This document shows positions 17,555-27,916 of a DNA stretch of 64,000 nt, one piece after another. Position 1 is the stretch's first letter. Every line of letters begins with the position of its first letter. The notes beneath the pieces were generated by a model. That model was given only the letters and a program-made list of their open reading frames with translations, was not told the origin of the DNA and made no database searches. The stretch covers positions 1,184 to 65,183 of the forward strand of contig CAVQZK010000015.1 in assembly GCA_963718465.1 (NCBI GenBank), given 5' to 3'. A program made the position numbers and the translations under genes. The stretch is from Bryobacterales bacterium. Its GTDB lineage: Bacteria; Acidobacteriota; Terriglobia; Bryobacterales; Bryobacteraceae.

Positions 17555-20500
17555 GCCCGTCTCGGCCGTTTATCCTTCGGCCGGTTGCCACCTCGCTGCT
17601 GATGGCCGGCATCCTGATTGCGGGCGCTATCGCGTATAAGCAACTGCCTGTTTCAGCCCTGCCGGAAGTCGATTACCCGACCATTCAGTGCACCACGTCC
17701 TATCCCGGCGCAAGTCCCGATGTAATGGCTTCGTCCGTCACCGCTCCGCTCGAGCGCACATTCGGCCAGGTTCCAGGGCTGAAGCAGATGACCTCCACCA
17801 GCTCTTTTGGAAGTTCCATCATCACTCTTCAGTTCGACCTCAATCTGAATATCGACATCGCCGAACAGCAGGTGCAGGCGTCCATCAATGCGGCCGGCAC
17901 CTATCTGCCTCCCGATCTGCCTAATCCGCCGATCTACAGCAAGGTCAATCCGGCTGACGCTCCGATTTTGACCTTAGCCCTCACATCGAAGACCGTGCCG
18001 CTAACGAAAGTGGAGGATTTGGCCGACACCACGCTTTCGCAGAAGATTTCGCAGTTGCCCGGTGTTGGTTTGGTCACTATCAGCGGTGGTCAAAAACCCG
18101 CCGTGCGGATTCGCGTCAATCCCACTGCTTTGGCTGCCTATGGCTTGAGCTTGGAGGATCTGCGAACCGCCTTAAACCAGACAAATTTAAATCAGGCCAA
18201 GGGCAATTTCGATGGTCTCAGACAGGCTTACACCATCGGTGCTAACGATCAGATCCTTACCAGCGCCGGCTACAAGCCTATCATCGTGGCTTATAAAAAT
18301 GGCTCGCCGGTTCGTCTGGAAGATGTAGCGACCATTGTGGATGGCGCTGAAAACACCCGCGAAGCCGCCTGGATGAATGCCACGCCGGCCGTCATTCTCA
18401 ACATCCAGCGTCAACCGGGAGCAAACGTCATCGCTGTGGTCGACCGCATCCAGGCGCTGTTGGGGCAATTGAAAGTCTCCATCCCGGCTTCTATCAATCT
18501 CGCCGTCCTGACAGACAGAACCACCACCATTCGGGCATCGGTGGAAGACGTGAAGTTCTCGTTGATGTTGACCGTCGCGCTGGTTGTGATGGTGATCTTC
18601 CTCTTTTTGCGCAGTCTGGCGGCTACGGTCATTCCGGGCATTGCAGTGCCGCTTTCCATTGTGGGCACGTTCGGCGTGATGTACCTGCTCGGCTATAGCT
18701 TGAACAATTTGACGCTGATGGCGCTCACCATTTCGACGGGCTTTGTTGTCGATGACGCCATCGTGATGATTGAAAACATCTCGCGTTATCTGGAACACGG
18801 CGAGAAACCGCTTACGGCGGCGCTGCGCGGATCGGCGCAAATCGGCTTTACCATCGTGTCGTTGACGGTTTCGCTCATTGCCGTCCTGATCCCGCTATTG
18901 TTTATGGGCGATATTGTGGGCCGATTGTTCCGCGAGTTCGCCATCACCCTGGCGGTCACTATCCTTGTCTCGGCCGTTGTTTCTCTCACGCTGACGCCGA
19001 TGATGTGCGCGAAACTGCTGAAGCACAAGCCGGAAGCGGAACAGACATGGTTCTACCGCAAGTCGGAGCACGCTTTTAACTGGATCATCTCGCGCTATGG
19101 ATACACGCTGCAATGGGTTCTTAAGCACCAGACAGCCACGTTATTAGTTACCGTCGCGACGCTGGTCGCAACTGTTTTCCTATACATCATCGTTCCCAAA
19201 GGATTCTTCCCGGTTCAGGATACCGGCGTCATTCTGGGCGTTTCCCAGGCGCCGCAAGCGGTCTCGTTCAGTGAGATGTCGAAGCTTCAGCAGCGGCTGG
19301 CAAACGTAATTCTGCAAGATCCCGCTGTAGAGAGCCTTTCGTCATTCATCGGAGTTGACGGAATCAATACCACGTTGAACAGCGGCCGCATTCAAATCAA
19401 TTTGAAGCCGCTCGATCAGCGAGCAGGCGCTAACGCCGTGATTCGCCGCCTGCAAAGCAAGCTGAGCCAGGTGGACGGAATCGCTCTTTTTCTGCAGCCC
19501 GTGCAGGACCTCAGCGTGGAAGACCGCGTGAGCCGCACGCAATATCAGTACACGCTCGAAGACGTCGATTCCAAGGAATTGAGCGATTGGACCGATCGGC
19601 TTGTCGAGAAGCTGCAAACCCTTCCTTCATTGCGGGACGTGGCCACCGATCGACAAAATGGCGGACTAGAGACCACGCTGGCGATTGATCGGGATACTGC
19701 TTCGCGGCTTGGGCTCAGCATGCAGCAGATTGACGACACGCTCTACGATGCCTTCGGCCAGCGGCTGGTCTCTACCATGTTTACGCAGCTAAACCAATAC
19801 CACGTGGTTTTGGAAGTAGCGCCCGATTTTCGCACCGACCCAACCGATCTATCGAGCATCTACGTGCATTCCTCGAACGGCTCGGAAGTTTCGCTTAGCT
19901 CTTTCGCGCACTTTGACCAATCTACGTCGCCGCTTACGATCAACCATCAAGGGCAGTTTCCGGTAGTTACTCTCTCGTTCAACCTTCCGGCCGGCGAATC
20001 TCTGGGGCACGCCGTTGCCGACATCAAGCTGGCTGAGCAAGAGATCGGCCTGCCTCAAAGCATCCACTCGGAGTTTCAGGGAACCGCGGCGGCCTTCCAG
20101 AATTCGCTGGCTAACGAAGCCTGGCTGATCATTGCGGCGCTGGTGGTGGTCTACATTGTCTTGGGTGTTTTGTATGAGAGCTACATTCACCCGATCACGA
20201 TTCTTTCTACCCTGCCGTCAGCGGGTGTTGGTGCGATTCTCGCGATCTTCATTTGCCACGACGATTTCAACATCGTGTCCCTCATCGGCATCATTCTCTT
20301 AATCGGCATCGTGAAGAAAAACGCCATCATGATGATCGATTTTGCCCTGGAAGCCGAGCGCAAAGACGGAAAATCTCCTGTCGAAGCCATCTATCAGGCC
20401 TGTTTGTTACGTTTCCGGCCTATCATGATGACTACTATGGCGGCCTTGTTCGGTGGTTTGCCGCTCGCCTTGGGCACCGGAGTCGGCTCGGAGTTACGGC

Positions 20501-20676
20501 GTCCTCTTGGGATCACTATCGTTGGCGGGTTGATCGTGAGCCAGGTTCTTACTCTCTACACAACGCCGGTCGTCTATTTATTCTTTGATCGGCTGGCCAG
20601 CCGTTTGCGCAAAGGCGCAAAGGAATTAGAGGCCCCGGCCCGGCAGGAACTGCCGGAAGCGGTACACGCGGAGTAA
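17551..20676 (+). CDS. mdtB: RND multidrug efflux permease, MdtB-like
   Basis: 1041 aa, AcrB/MdtB-type 12-TM architecture ([18 protein letters not shown].., ..[22 protein letters not shown]..). First of two tandem RND pumps. Confidence 0.93.
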   Translation: MSPSRPFILRPVATSLLMAGILIAGAIAYKQLPVSALPEVDYPTIQCTTSYPGASPDVMASSVTAPLERTFGQVPGLKQMTSTSSFGSSIITLQFDLNLNIDIAEQQVQASINAAGTYLPPDLPNPPIYSKVNPADAPILTLALTSKTVPLTKVEDLADTTLSQKISQLPGVGLVTISGGQKPAVRIRVNPTALAAYGLSLEDLRTALNQTNLNQAKGNFDGLRQAYTIGANDQILTSAGYKPIIVAYKNGSPVRLEDVATIVDGAENTREAAWMNATPAVILNIQRQPGANVIAVVDRIQALLGQLKVSIPASINLAVLTDRTTTIRASVEDVKFSLMLTVALVVMVIFLFLRSLAATVIPGIAVPLSIVGTFGVMYLLGYSLNNLTLMALTISTGFVVDDAIVMIENISRYLEHGEKPLTAALRGSAQIGFTIVSLTVSLIAVLIPLLFMGDIVGRLFREFAITLAVTILVSAVVSLTLTPMMCAKLLKHKPEAEQTWFYRKSEHAFNWIISRYGYTLQWVLKHQTATLLVTVATLVATVFLYIIVPKGFFPVQDTGVILGVSQAPQAVSFSEMSKLQQRLANVILQDPAVESLSSFIGVDGINTTLNSGRIQINLKPLDQRAGANAVIRRLQSKLSQVDGIALFLQPVQDLSVEDRVSRTQYQYTLEDVDSKELSDWTDRLVEKLQTLPSLRDVATDRQNGGLETTLAIDRDTASRLGLSMQQIDDTLYDAFGQRLVSTMFTQLNQYHVVLEVAPDFRTDPTDLSSIYVHSSNGSEVSLSSFAHFDQSTSPLTINHQGQFPVVTLSFNLPAGESLGHAVADIKLAEQEIGLPQSIHSEFQGTAAAFQNSLANEAWLIIAALVVVYIVLGVLYESYIHPITILSTLPSAGVGAILAIFICHDDFNIVSLIGIILLIGIVKKNAIMMIDFALEAERKDGKSPVEAIYQACLLRFRPIMMTTMAALFGGLPLALGTGVGSELRRPLGITIVGGLIVSQVLTLYTTPVVYLFFDRLASRLRKGAKELEAPARQELPEAVHAE

Positions 20677-20680
20677 TCGT

Positions 20681-23600
20681 ATGAATCTTGCGGCTCCCTT
20701 CATTAAACGGCCGGTGGCCACTTCGCTGCTGACAGCCGCCTTAGCGCTTTCGGGCGTACTCGCGTTTCGCTTCCTTCCGGTCGCGCCGCTACCTCCCGTG
20801 GACATGCCCACCATTCAGGTGCATGCGAATCTTCCCGGCGCAAGCCCTGAAACTATGGCCTCGGCGGTAGCCACGCCGTTAGAGCGGCAATTCGGCCGCA
20901 TCGCGGGTGTTACTGAGATGACCTCGTCCAGCCAACTGGGCAGCACTGGAGTGACGCTGCAGTTCGACCTGAACCGGGACATCGATGCCGCCGCGCGCGA
21001 CGTACAAGCTGCTATCAACGCCGCGCGGGGACAGCTTCCCGCCAATCTTCCCAGCAATCCCGGATATTGGCGCATGAACCCCGCCAACGCGCCCATCATC
21101 ATGCTCGCCATGACTTCCGACGCTTTCAACCAGGGGCAAATGTACGACGTGGCGGACTCTATCCTGGGTCAAAAACTTTCTCAGATCGATGGCGTCGGCC
21201 AAGTACACGTTTGGGGCAGTTCGCGTCCGGCGGTACGTGTGCAAGTGAACCCGACGCTGCTCAACACCATGGGGCTGAACCTCACCGACGTTGCTACAAC
21301 CCTGAAGAATGCCAACGCTCACCAAGCTAAGGGAGCGCTCAGCAATTCCGATCTTCGCTGGCAGGTGAACGCCACCGACGAACTGTTCAAAGCCAGTGAA
21401 TATGCTCCGTTAATTGTGGCCTATCGCAACAATGCGCCTATCAGACTCCGCGATTTAGGCAATGTGATCGATTCCGTTGAAGATACCCGGAACGATGGTT
21501 CCGACAACGGCAGACCGTCGGTGGTGATCATGGTCACGAAACAGCCTTCGGCCAACATCATTGACACTGTCGACCGCATCAAAGCTGTTCTTCCGCAGCT
21601 GCAGGCTTCCGTGCCTCCGGCCATGAAACTAGCGGTCGCGCAAGACCGCACTACGACAATTCGCGCTTCGATTCATGACGTCGAAATTACTCTGCTCATC
21701 TCGGTATTCCTGGTAATCCTGGTGGTGTTCGCCTTCCTGCGAAATCTTTGGGCCACGCTAATCCCCGGCATCGCCGTACCGCTCTCGCTGCTTGGAACGT
21801 TCGGCGCAATGTACTTACTCGGTTACACGCTGGACAATCTTTCGCTTATGGCGCTCACTGTGTCTACGGGTTTCGTTGTCGATGACGCCATCGTCGTAAT
21901 CGAGAACATTACCCGCTATTTGGAAGTCGGTTGGACACCCATGCGCGCCGCCTTGCAAGGCGCTAAGGAAATCGGCTTCACCGTGCTCTCAATGAGCACA
22001 TCGCTGGTTGCCGTGTTCATTCCTATCCTGATGATGGGCGGCATTGTCGGACGCCTCTTCCGCGAATTCGCCGTCACCCTGACCATTGCGATTCTTATTT
22101 CATTGGTCGTTTCCCTAACCACCACGCCCATGCTCTGCTCGCGCTACTTGCGTTCCCAGAATGCCCGCAAGCACAATCGCGCATATCGGGTCAGCGAACG
22201 CGGGTTTGAGTTGATGCACAAGAGTTATGCCAAAAGCCTGAGGGTAGTTTTACAGCATCCGCAACTCACATTGATAATCACCCTTGTCACCATCGCCGTC
22301 AGCGTCTATCTGTACGTCATCGTTCCCAAGGGCTTCTTCCCGCAGCAGGACACCGGCCAGATCGGCGGCCAAATCCAGGCCGATCAGGATATTTCATTCA
22401 CGGCAATGCGCGAGAAATTGCATGCCTTCCTGAAAATCGTCGAGCAGGATCCGGCTGTCGATAATGTCTCCGGTTTCACCGGAGGTGGCACGTTGAACTC
22501 CGCCAGCATGTGGATGCAGCTGAAACCGCTCGCCGAGCGTAAAATCTCCGCCGATCAGGTCATCAATCGCCTGCGTGGAAAGTTGGCTCGTATCCCCGGC
22601 GCCACTTTGTACATGATGGCTGGGCAGGACATTCGCGTCGGCGGCCGCGGCAGCAATTCGCAGTATCAATTCACGCTTCAGGCCGATAATCTGCAAGATC
22701 TGAACGAATGGGCGCCCAAGCTGCTCGCAAAGCTGAAAACTCTTCCCTTGGTGCTGGACGCCAATAGCGATCAGCAGATCCGCGGATTGGAAAGCCGCCT
22801 TATTATTGATCGCTCCACCGCCGCCCGCTTGGGCGTGAACCCGCAAGGTCTCGACGCGACGCTTTACAACGCTTTCGGTCAGGCCCAGGTCTCGACCATG
22901 TACACGGGTATCAATCAGTATCACGTCGTGATGGAAGTGCTGCCCGAATTCCAGCAGAATCCAGCGGCCCTGAATTCCATTTATGTCCAATCAAACACCG
23001 GCACTCCGGTTCCGATCTCTACTTTCACCCACTACAAGACTGTTTCCAGCGCCTTGACGGTAAATCATCAGGGCCCGTTCCCCTCTATCACTTTGTCTTT
23101 CGCCTTGGCTCCGGGAGTCGCGCTAAGCGAAGCCGTGGACGCGGTAAATCAGGCGGAATTGGATATCGGCATGCCCGCTAATGTTCGCGGCGCTTTCGCA
23201 GGCACCGCACAGGTATTCCAATCTTCGTTAAAGAGCGAACCGCTGCTGATTCTTGCCGCGCTGCTGGCGGTTTACATTGTCCTCGGGATATTGTATGAGA
23301 GCTACATTCACCCGATTACCATTCTCTCTACCCTGCCCTCCGCCGGCGTGGGAGCTTTACTCGCGCTGCTCATCTTTCAGGTCGATCTCACCGTTATTGC
23401 CATTATCGGCATCATTCTACTCATTGGCATCGTGAAAAAGAACGCGATCATGATGATCGATTTCGCTCTAGATACCGAGCGCAAGAACGGCGCAACTCCC
23501 AAGAACGCCATCTATCAGGCTTGCTTGATGCGCTTCCGCCCCATCATGATGACCACCATGGCCGCACTGCTCGGCGGCCTGCCGCTGGCGCTCGGAACGG

Positions 23601-23797
23601 GTACGGGATCTGAAATGCGCCGCCCCTTAGGTATAACCATCGTGGGCGGACTGCTCTTCAGTCAAGTGTTGACGCTCTACACGACCCCAGTCGTCTACCT
23701 CTACTTGGACAAGCTTCAGACCTGGTTCGGAAGCCGTAAGCAAATCAGCCCGAAACTCCAAAGCGTCCTCAGCGATAGCCCGAGCGAAGCCTACTAA
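20681..23797 (+). CDS. mdtC: RND multidrug efflux permease, MdtC-like
   Basis: 1038 aa paralogue of the preceding gene ([15 protein letters not shown].., [22 protein letters not shown]). The tandem arrangement is typical of MdtBC. Confidence 0.93.
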   Translation: MNLAAPFIKRPVATSLLTAALALSGVLAFRFLPVAPLPPVDMPTIQVHANLPGASPETMASAVATPLERQFGRIAGVTEMTSSSQLGSTGVTLQFDLNRDIDAAARDVQAAINAARGQLPANLPSNPGYWRMNPANAPIIMLAMTSDAFNQGQMYDVADSILGQKLSQIDGVGQVHVWGSSRPAVRVQVNPTLLNTMGLNLTDVATTLKNANAHQAKGALSNSDLRWQVNATDELFKASEYAPLIVAYRNNAPIRLRDLGNVIDSVEDTRNDGSDNGRPSVVIMVTKQPSANIIDTVDRIKAVLPQLQASVPPAMKLAVAQDRTTTIRASIHDVEITLLISVFLVILVVFAFLRNLWATLIPGIAVPLSLLGTFGAMYLLGYTLDNLSLMALTVSTGFVVDDAIVVIENITRYLEVGWTPMRAALQGAKEIGFTVLSMSTSLVAVFIPILMMGGIVGRLFREFAVTLTIAILISLVVSLTTTPMLCSRYLRSQNARKHNRAYRVSERGFELMHKSYAKSLRVVLQHPQLTLIITLVTIAVSVYLYVIVPKGFFPQQDTGQIGGQIQADQDISFTAMREKLHAFLKIVEQDPAVDNVSGFTGGGTLNSASMWMQLKPLAERKISADQVINRLRGKLARIPGATLYMMAGQDIRVGGRGSNSQYQFTLQADNLQDLNEWAPKLLAKLKTLPLVLDANSDQQIRGLESRLIIDRSTAARLGVNPQGLDATLYNAFGQAQVSTMYTGINQYHVVMEVLPEFQQNPAALNSIYVQSNTGTPVPISTFTHYKTVSSALTVNHQGPFPSITLSFALAPGVALSEAVDAVNQAELDIGMPANVRGAFAGTAQVFQSSLKSEPLLILAALLAVYIVLGILYESYIHPITILSTLPSAGVGALLALLIFQVDLTVIAIIGIILLIGIVKKNAIMMIDFALDTERKNGATPKNAIYQACLMRFRPIMMTTMAALLGGLPLALGTGTGSEMRRPLGITIVGGLLFSQVLTLYTTPVVYLYLDKLQTWFGSRKQISPKLQSVLSDSPSEAY

Positions 23798-24501
23798 ATA
23801 TTAACCAGTACCCGCCCGTCGCGCATCGAAACGGTCCGATCCGCGAACGCCGCTGCTTCCGGGTTATGAGTGATCATCAATATCGTTTGGCCCTTCTGCT
23901 TATTCAACCCGCGCAGCAGATCGAGCACGGCATTTGAGTTTTCCGTATCCAGGTTCCCAGTCGGCTCATCGGCCAGCAGGATCGCGGGTTGATTCACCAG
24001 CGCCCGGGCAATCGCCACACGCTGCTGCTCCCCTCCGGAAAGTGCGCTTGGTTTATGATCCAAACGATTCTTGATGCCCAGTAACGATAGCACCTCATTG
24101 AACCCGGGCGGGGGCGTCTTGTTCTTTGCGATTGATTGCGCCAAGGCAATGTTGTCTTTGGCCGACAGCGTAGGCAGCAGATTGTACTTCTGAAATATAA
24201 ACCCCACCTTGTTTTGGCGCATCTCCGTCCGTTGCGACTCCGTCATGCCCAGCAAGTCCACGCCGTCGATCCAAATCTCGCCGGCGGTGGGCGGCGCAAG
24301 GCCGCCAAGAATATTGAAAAGCGTCAACTTGCCGGACCCGGAAGGTCCAATGATCGAAAGAAATTCTCCGCGCGCCACGTCGAGACTCACGCCTCGCAGC
24401 GCATGGACGTCCACTTCACCAATGTGGTACGTCTTGCGAAGGTCACGAACGCGGATGATGGAAGTTCCCGGCATTGAGTTCACTTCAGGAGCGCTACTCA
24501 T
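23794..24501 (-). CDS. ABC transporter ATP-binding protein (MacB/LolD-like)
   Basis: Walker A GPSGSGKLT, signature LSGGEQQRVAIARAL, Walker B ILLADEPTGNLD. ATG 24501 overlaps the FtsX gene end (ATGAGTAG). The stop overlaps the convergent mdtC stop by 4 nt. Confidence 0.9.
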   Translation of the reverse strand: MSSAPEVNSMPGTSIIRVRDLRKTYHIGEVDVHALRGVSLDVARGEFLSIIGPSGSGKLTLFNILGGLAPPTAGEIWIDGVDLLGMTESQRTEMRQNKVGFIFQKYNLLPTLSAKDNIALAQSIAKNKTPPPGFNEVLSLLGIKNRLDHKPSALSGGEQQRVAIARALVNQPAILLADEPTGNLDTENSNAVLDLLRGLNKQKGQTILMITHNPEAAAFADRTVSMRDGRVLVNI

Positions 24502-25590
24502 AGGCCAGCGCCTCAATCGCGTCTTGCCGGGCAGCCTTTAACCCTGGCCCAATCGCTCCTAGTAAAGCGCCCACCAGTGCAATGCCCGCGGCAATGGGCC
24601 ACCAGTCCGGCACATCAATCACGTTCAGGCTGGCGGGCATGAACCTGATTACCGCGAGCTTAGCGACGAAAGCCAGAACGATGCCAATCACCCATCCAGC
24701 CAGCGCCAGAAAGACCGCCTCGCGCACCAGCATATCCACGATGGTGAATGGCTTAGCCCCAAAGCTTTCAAAATGCCGATCTCCCGCGTACGTTCGATGA
24801 CCGCTGTGTACATCGACAGAAACACCACCAGGAACCCAACCACCACCGCTAAAACCGTAATCACCGCTATGAACGCTTTCAACTGCGGATAGGTGTTGAT
24901 GCTGAATTGCGATACGAAGTCCGCGATCGATATCGCCTTCAGATCGCCTTTGAAAAGTTCGTTGAAGCGCGCCACTTCGGCGTCGGTCTGCGAAGGGTCG
25001 TCAAGCTTGATCAGAATCTGTGAAATCTGGCCGGTGTTCCCGGTCTCTTTCTGCAACGTCGTGAGCGGCACAATAAAGCGCGCCAGCATTCCACCCTGCG
25101 TAATGCCTGCCAGATGCCAATTGTGGTCCAACAGATTAACTGTGTCGCCCACTTTCAAATGCTTCTGGCGCGCGTACGACTCGTCTACCAGCAGGTCATC
25201 GGGTCCCGCGGGGTCGCCGCCTGCGAGAAAGTGGAAGCCGCCGCTGATCTTTTCGAACGCTGGAATATCCACTCCGTTTATCGAAGTGATCAGTTCCACC
25301 GGTACCATCAAAACGCCTACCGCTTGCGCCACGTGCGGCTGCTTCTGTACGAAAGAAACATACTTTTCAAGCATCGGCCCGCTGTGCAAAGAGATCGTGC
25401 CGTGGGAATCGGGTTTTAAGAAAATGTCTGCGCCAGTCCCTTTCGCCCGCTCGGCCGATTCCTGCAGCATGCCGCGGCTTAAACCGATGAGCGTCAGAAT
25501 CGACATCACCTGAACGCCCACCACCAAAGCGCTCAGGAACGTGCGGACCCATCGATATTTCAAATTTTCGATTACTAATCTGTTGATCAT
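24494..25590 (-). pseudogene. FtsX-family ABC permease (MacB/LolE-like), one frameshift
   Basis: The N-terminus MINRLVIENLKYRWVRTFLSALVV starts at 25590. The protein has a large periplasmic domain. The frame breaks at ..REIGILKALG | AKPFTIVDMLVREAVFLALAG at the plus-strand C4 run 24757-24760, and the C-terminal part is ORF 24494-24739. Confidence 0.8.
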
Positions 25591-25598
25591 TTGTAAAC

Positions 25599-26462
25599 TC
25601 ACGGCTGGGTAGCAAGAAAGTCTCTGGCCACCTTTGCCACCGGTTGATGTTGGGCCACAACCAATTGGTTCAGATGACGCATGGTCCCCTCGTCGATATG
25701 ATTCTGGAGCATACTCAACGCCCAAACGATTTCCGGCTTTTGCTTTACCAGTTCATTCCGCAGAACAAAGCTTGCGTTGTAAGGTGGAAAGGTCTTCTTG
25801 TCGTCCCGCAATGCGGTAAATCTTGCATCGGCTAACTGAGCATCCGTGGAATTCGCCGCTCCCATATCGATTCCGTGCTGTTCCAGCGCCTGGTAAAGCA
25901 GACCCAGGTCCATCGTTTTCGGCGTACCCTGCCATTTCAAAGCGTAGGTTTTGTCCAGGGCTTCCAACCCGTCTGAGCGCGTCAGAAATTCATAACCCAC
26001 TCCCAGCCGCCATTGCCGCTCTTTGGCTGCCGACAAATCGGGTGCGCTCAACCGCCGTGCGTCTTCGCTTCGCACCACCATGGCGAACGTATCGTTAAAG
26101 CCCAACGGGGGCAGCCAGATCAAATGAAAGCGCCTGAAATATTGGTCCTTCACCTGAATGTATGCCTGCGCCGGATCGCTAGGCACGCCTATCTTCAAAA
26201 TCACGCTAGCGGCCGTGCCCGTGTACTCCGGATAAATATCGATGTCGCCGTGCAAGATCGCCTCGTGCGCCAGCAGCGTGCCGCCCAGGTTAAGCTTGCG
26301 GTCTACTTCCAGGTGCAGCTTTCGCTCCAATTGCTGCGCGGCTATTTCACCGAGCACTAATTGTTCCGTGTAGTTTTTTGAACCGATGACAACCGCCGAA
26401 CTGCGGCCGCAGGAAACACAAACCGCACCGGCAAGAACCGTCACTGCCAGAAACCTGTTCAT
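25599..26462 (-). CDS. Glycine betaine/choline-type ABC substrate-binding protein (OpuAC fold)
   Basis: Lipoprotein-like signal (LAGAVCVSCG). Motifs: IGSKNYTEQLVLGEI, DIYPEYTGTA, and FAMVVR..LGVGYEFLTRSDG..LKW..MDLGLLYQAL. The ATG overlaps the permease stop (ATGA). Confidence 0.88.
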   Translation of the reverse strand: MNRFLAVTVLAGAVCVSCGRSSAVVIGSKNYTEQLVLGEIAAQQLERKLHLEVDRKLNLGGTLLAHEAILHGDIDIYPEYTGTAASVILKIGVPSDPAQAYIQVKDQYFRRFHLIWLPPLGFNDTFAMVVRSEDARRLSAPDLSAAKERQWRLGVGYEFLTRSDGLEALDKTYALKWQGTPKTMDLGLLYQALEQHGIDMGAANSTDAQLADARFTALRDDKKTFPPYNASFVLRNELVKQKPEIVWALSMLQNHIDEGTMRHLNQLVVAQHQPVAKVARDFLATQP

Positions 26463-27088
26463 CGAATCGCAATCTTCTTTTCCAGCATTGACATTCCGGC
26501 ATCAGCGGCTAACGCCATCACCGCCGCTGGAATCGCGCCCGCAAGGATTTGCAGCGTGTCCACGGATTCCACTCCGCGGAAGATCAGAACGCCCAATCCC
26601 CCGCCTCCGATGATCGCTGCAATCACCGCCGTACCGATATTCGTCACCAGCGCCACTCGCACGCCAGCCAGAATGGTAGGTGCAGCAAGAGGTAATTCCA
26701 CTAGACGCAGCAATTGGCCGTCGGTCATTCCCATCGCAATGGCGGCTTCGCGCAAAGGCGCGTCAATCGAATTGATCCCCACAATGGTGTTCCGCAAAAT
26801 GGGCAGCAGCGAATATAAAACCAGGCAGAGTATCGCCGTATGCCTGCCAATTCCTCCTATTAGAGGCACGGGCAGCAGAAAACCGAACAGCGCAACGCTG
26901 GGAATGGTTTGCAGCACATTCGCCACCGTTACCGAAACTTCCCGGAGCGCAGGCTTCCTGGTGCCGGCGATGCCGAGCGTCACCCCAATCAGCACCGCAA
27001 TCAGGGAAGAAACCCCAACCAGAATCAAATGCTCGCCCGTCAATTGGGCGACGTCGTGAGCCAGGGTTTTAAGAACGTAAGGATCCAA
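26459..27088 (-). CDS. ABC permease, BPD_transp_1 type (OpuBB/OpuCB-like)
   Basis: 209 aa with 5-6 TM helices and a typical EAA-loop region (IDAPLREAAIAMGMTDGQLLRLVELPLA). TTG start. Confidence 0.88.
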   Translation of the reverse strand: MDPYVLKTLAHDVAQLTGEHLILVGVSSLIAVLIGVTLGIAGTRKPALREVSVTVANVLQTIPSVALFGFLLPVPLIGGIGRHTAILCLVLYSLLPILRNTIVGINSIDAPLREAAIAMGMTDGQLLRLVELPLAAPTILAGVRVALVTNIGTAVIAAIIGGGGLGVLIFRGVESVDTLQILAGAIPAAVMALAADAGMSMLEKKIAIR

Positions 27089-27097
27089 AATGGCGGC

Positions 27098-27916
27098 CTA
27101 TTTCGGCGGAGACTGCACTTTCTGCTGCGTGTTCACCGTAAACAAATGGCATTTCTGCAGCTCTTCACGATAGCGGAATCGCGGATGAAAGAATAGGACC
27201 GCCTTGGCGTCGCCGCTGGCTTCCACCAGTTGCGTCAACCATACGCCATCGGGTTGGCGTTGCTGCACCAAGTGCAGGTGAAACCCTTTGTGAATATTTG
27301 CCAGCAGGCCGCCGCCCACCTTCACGTCTTTGTTGGTTTCGAGCCGCAGCTCGTTCGGCACGCCTGAAACCTCATCCATCCAAATGCGGCCAACTATTGC
27401 CTGTGCAAAGCGCTCTTCCACTTTGTGGGGGTGAAAGTTCGGATCGCCCGTGAGATCGTACACTACTACACTGCGTCCGTCGCGCGACTCGCGGTGTCCG
27501 TTCGAAAAACGGAGCGCGCGCAGAAACAGGTCAAGCTGCTTCTCGTCCTTGTCTTGTTCCTTCTTGGCATTACCGGCATCGCTGTACTTCTTCACCTCTT
27601 TGTCGGCGTGCTCCTGCTCTTTTTTGGCGTCACTTCCCGTCAGCTCCTTACCGTCGCGAGTCAAGACGTGATTGATCTCCATGCCGTTTACGAAAAAGCG
27701 TTCCACCGTTTCGGCTTTATCGCGCTTCACCGAACTGTCGGGGTTCAAATCGTATTCGTGCGTCTGCAAAGTACATGAATAATTCTCACGGTCCTTTTCC
27801 AGCTTCTCCAGGCTCCCCCTAGCCCGCTGGCGCAATTGCTGTGGATCGGGCAGCGGATTGTCGGCCCAAAGGCCTTTCGCGAAAGCTCCAATCAAAAACA
27901 GCGCCAGCCATCTCAT
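27098..27916 (-). CDS. Exported protein of unknown function embedded in the ABC operon
   Basis: ATG 27916 overlaps the upstream ATPase stop (ATGA). Signal peptide MRWLALFLIGAFAKGLWA and a Lys/Glu-rich central segment. No transporter motif. Confidence 0.7.
   Translation of the reverse strand: MRWLALFLIGAFAKGLWADNPLPDPQQLRQRARGSLEKLEKDRENYSCTLQTHEYDLNPDSSVKRDKAETVERFFVNGMEINHVLTRDGKELTGSDAKKEQEHADKEVKKYSDAGNAKKEQDKDEKQLDLFLRALRFSNGHRESRDGRSVVVYDLTGDPNFHPHKVEERFAQAIVGRIWMDEVSGVPNELRLETNKDVKVGGGLLANIHKGFHLHLVQQRQPDGVWLTQLVEASGDAKAVLFFHPRFRYREELQKCHLFTVNTQQKVQSPPK

Noticed and set aside
18187-18840. A 217-aa minus-strand ORF lies inside mdtB. Similar ones lie inside mdtC at 22394-22990 and 20879-21325.
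   Set aside because: They are antisense to unambiguous RND permease genes and have Arg/His/Gly-rich low-complexity translations. These are shadow ORFs.
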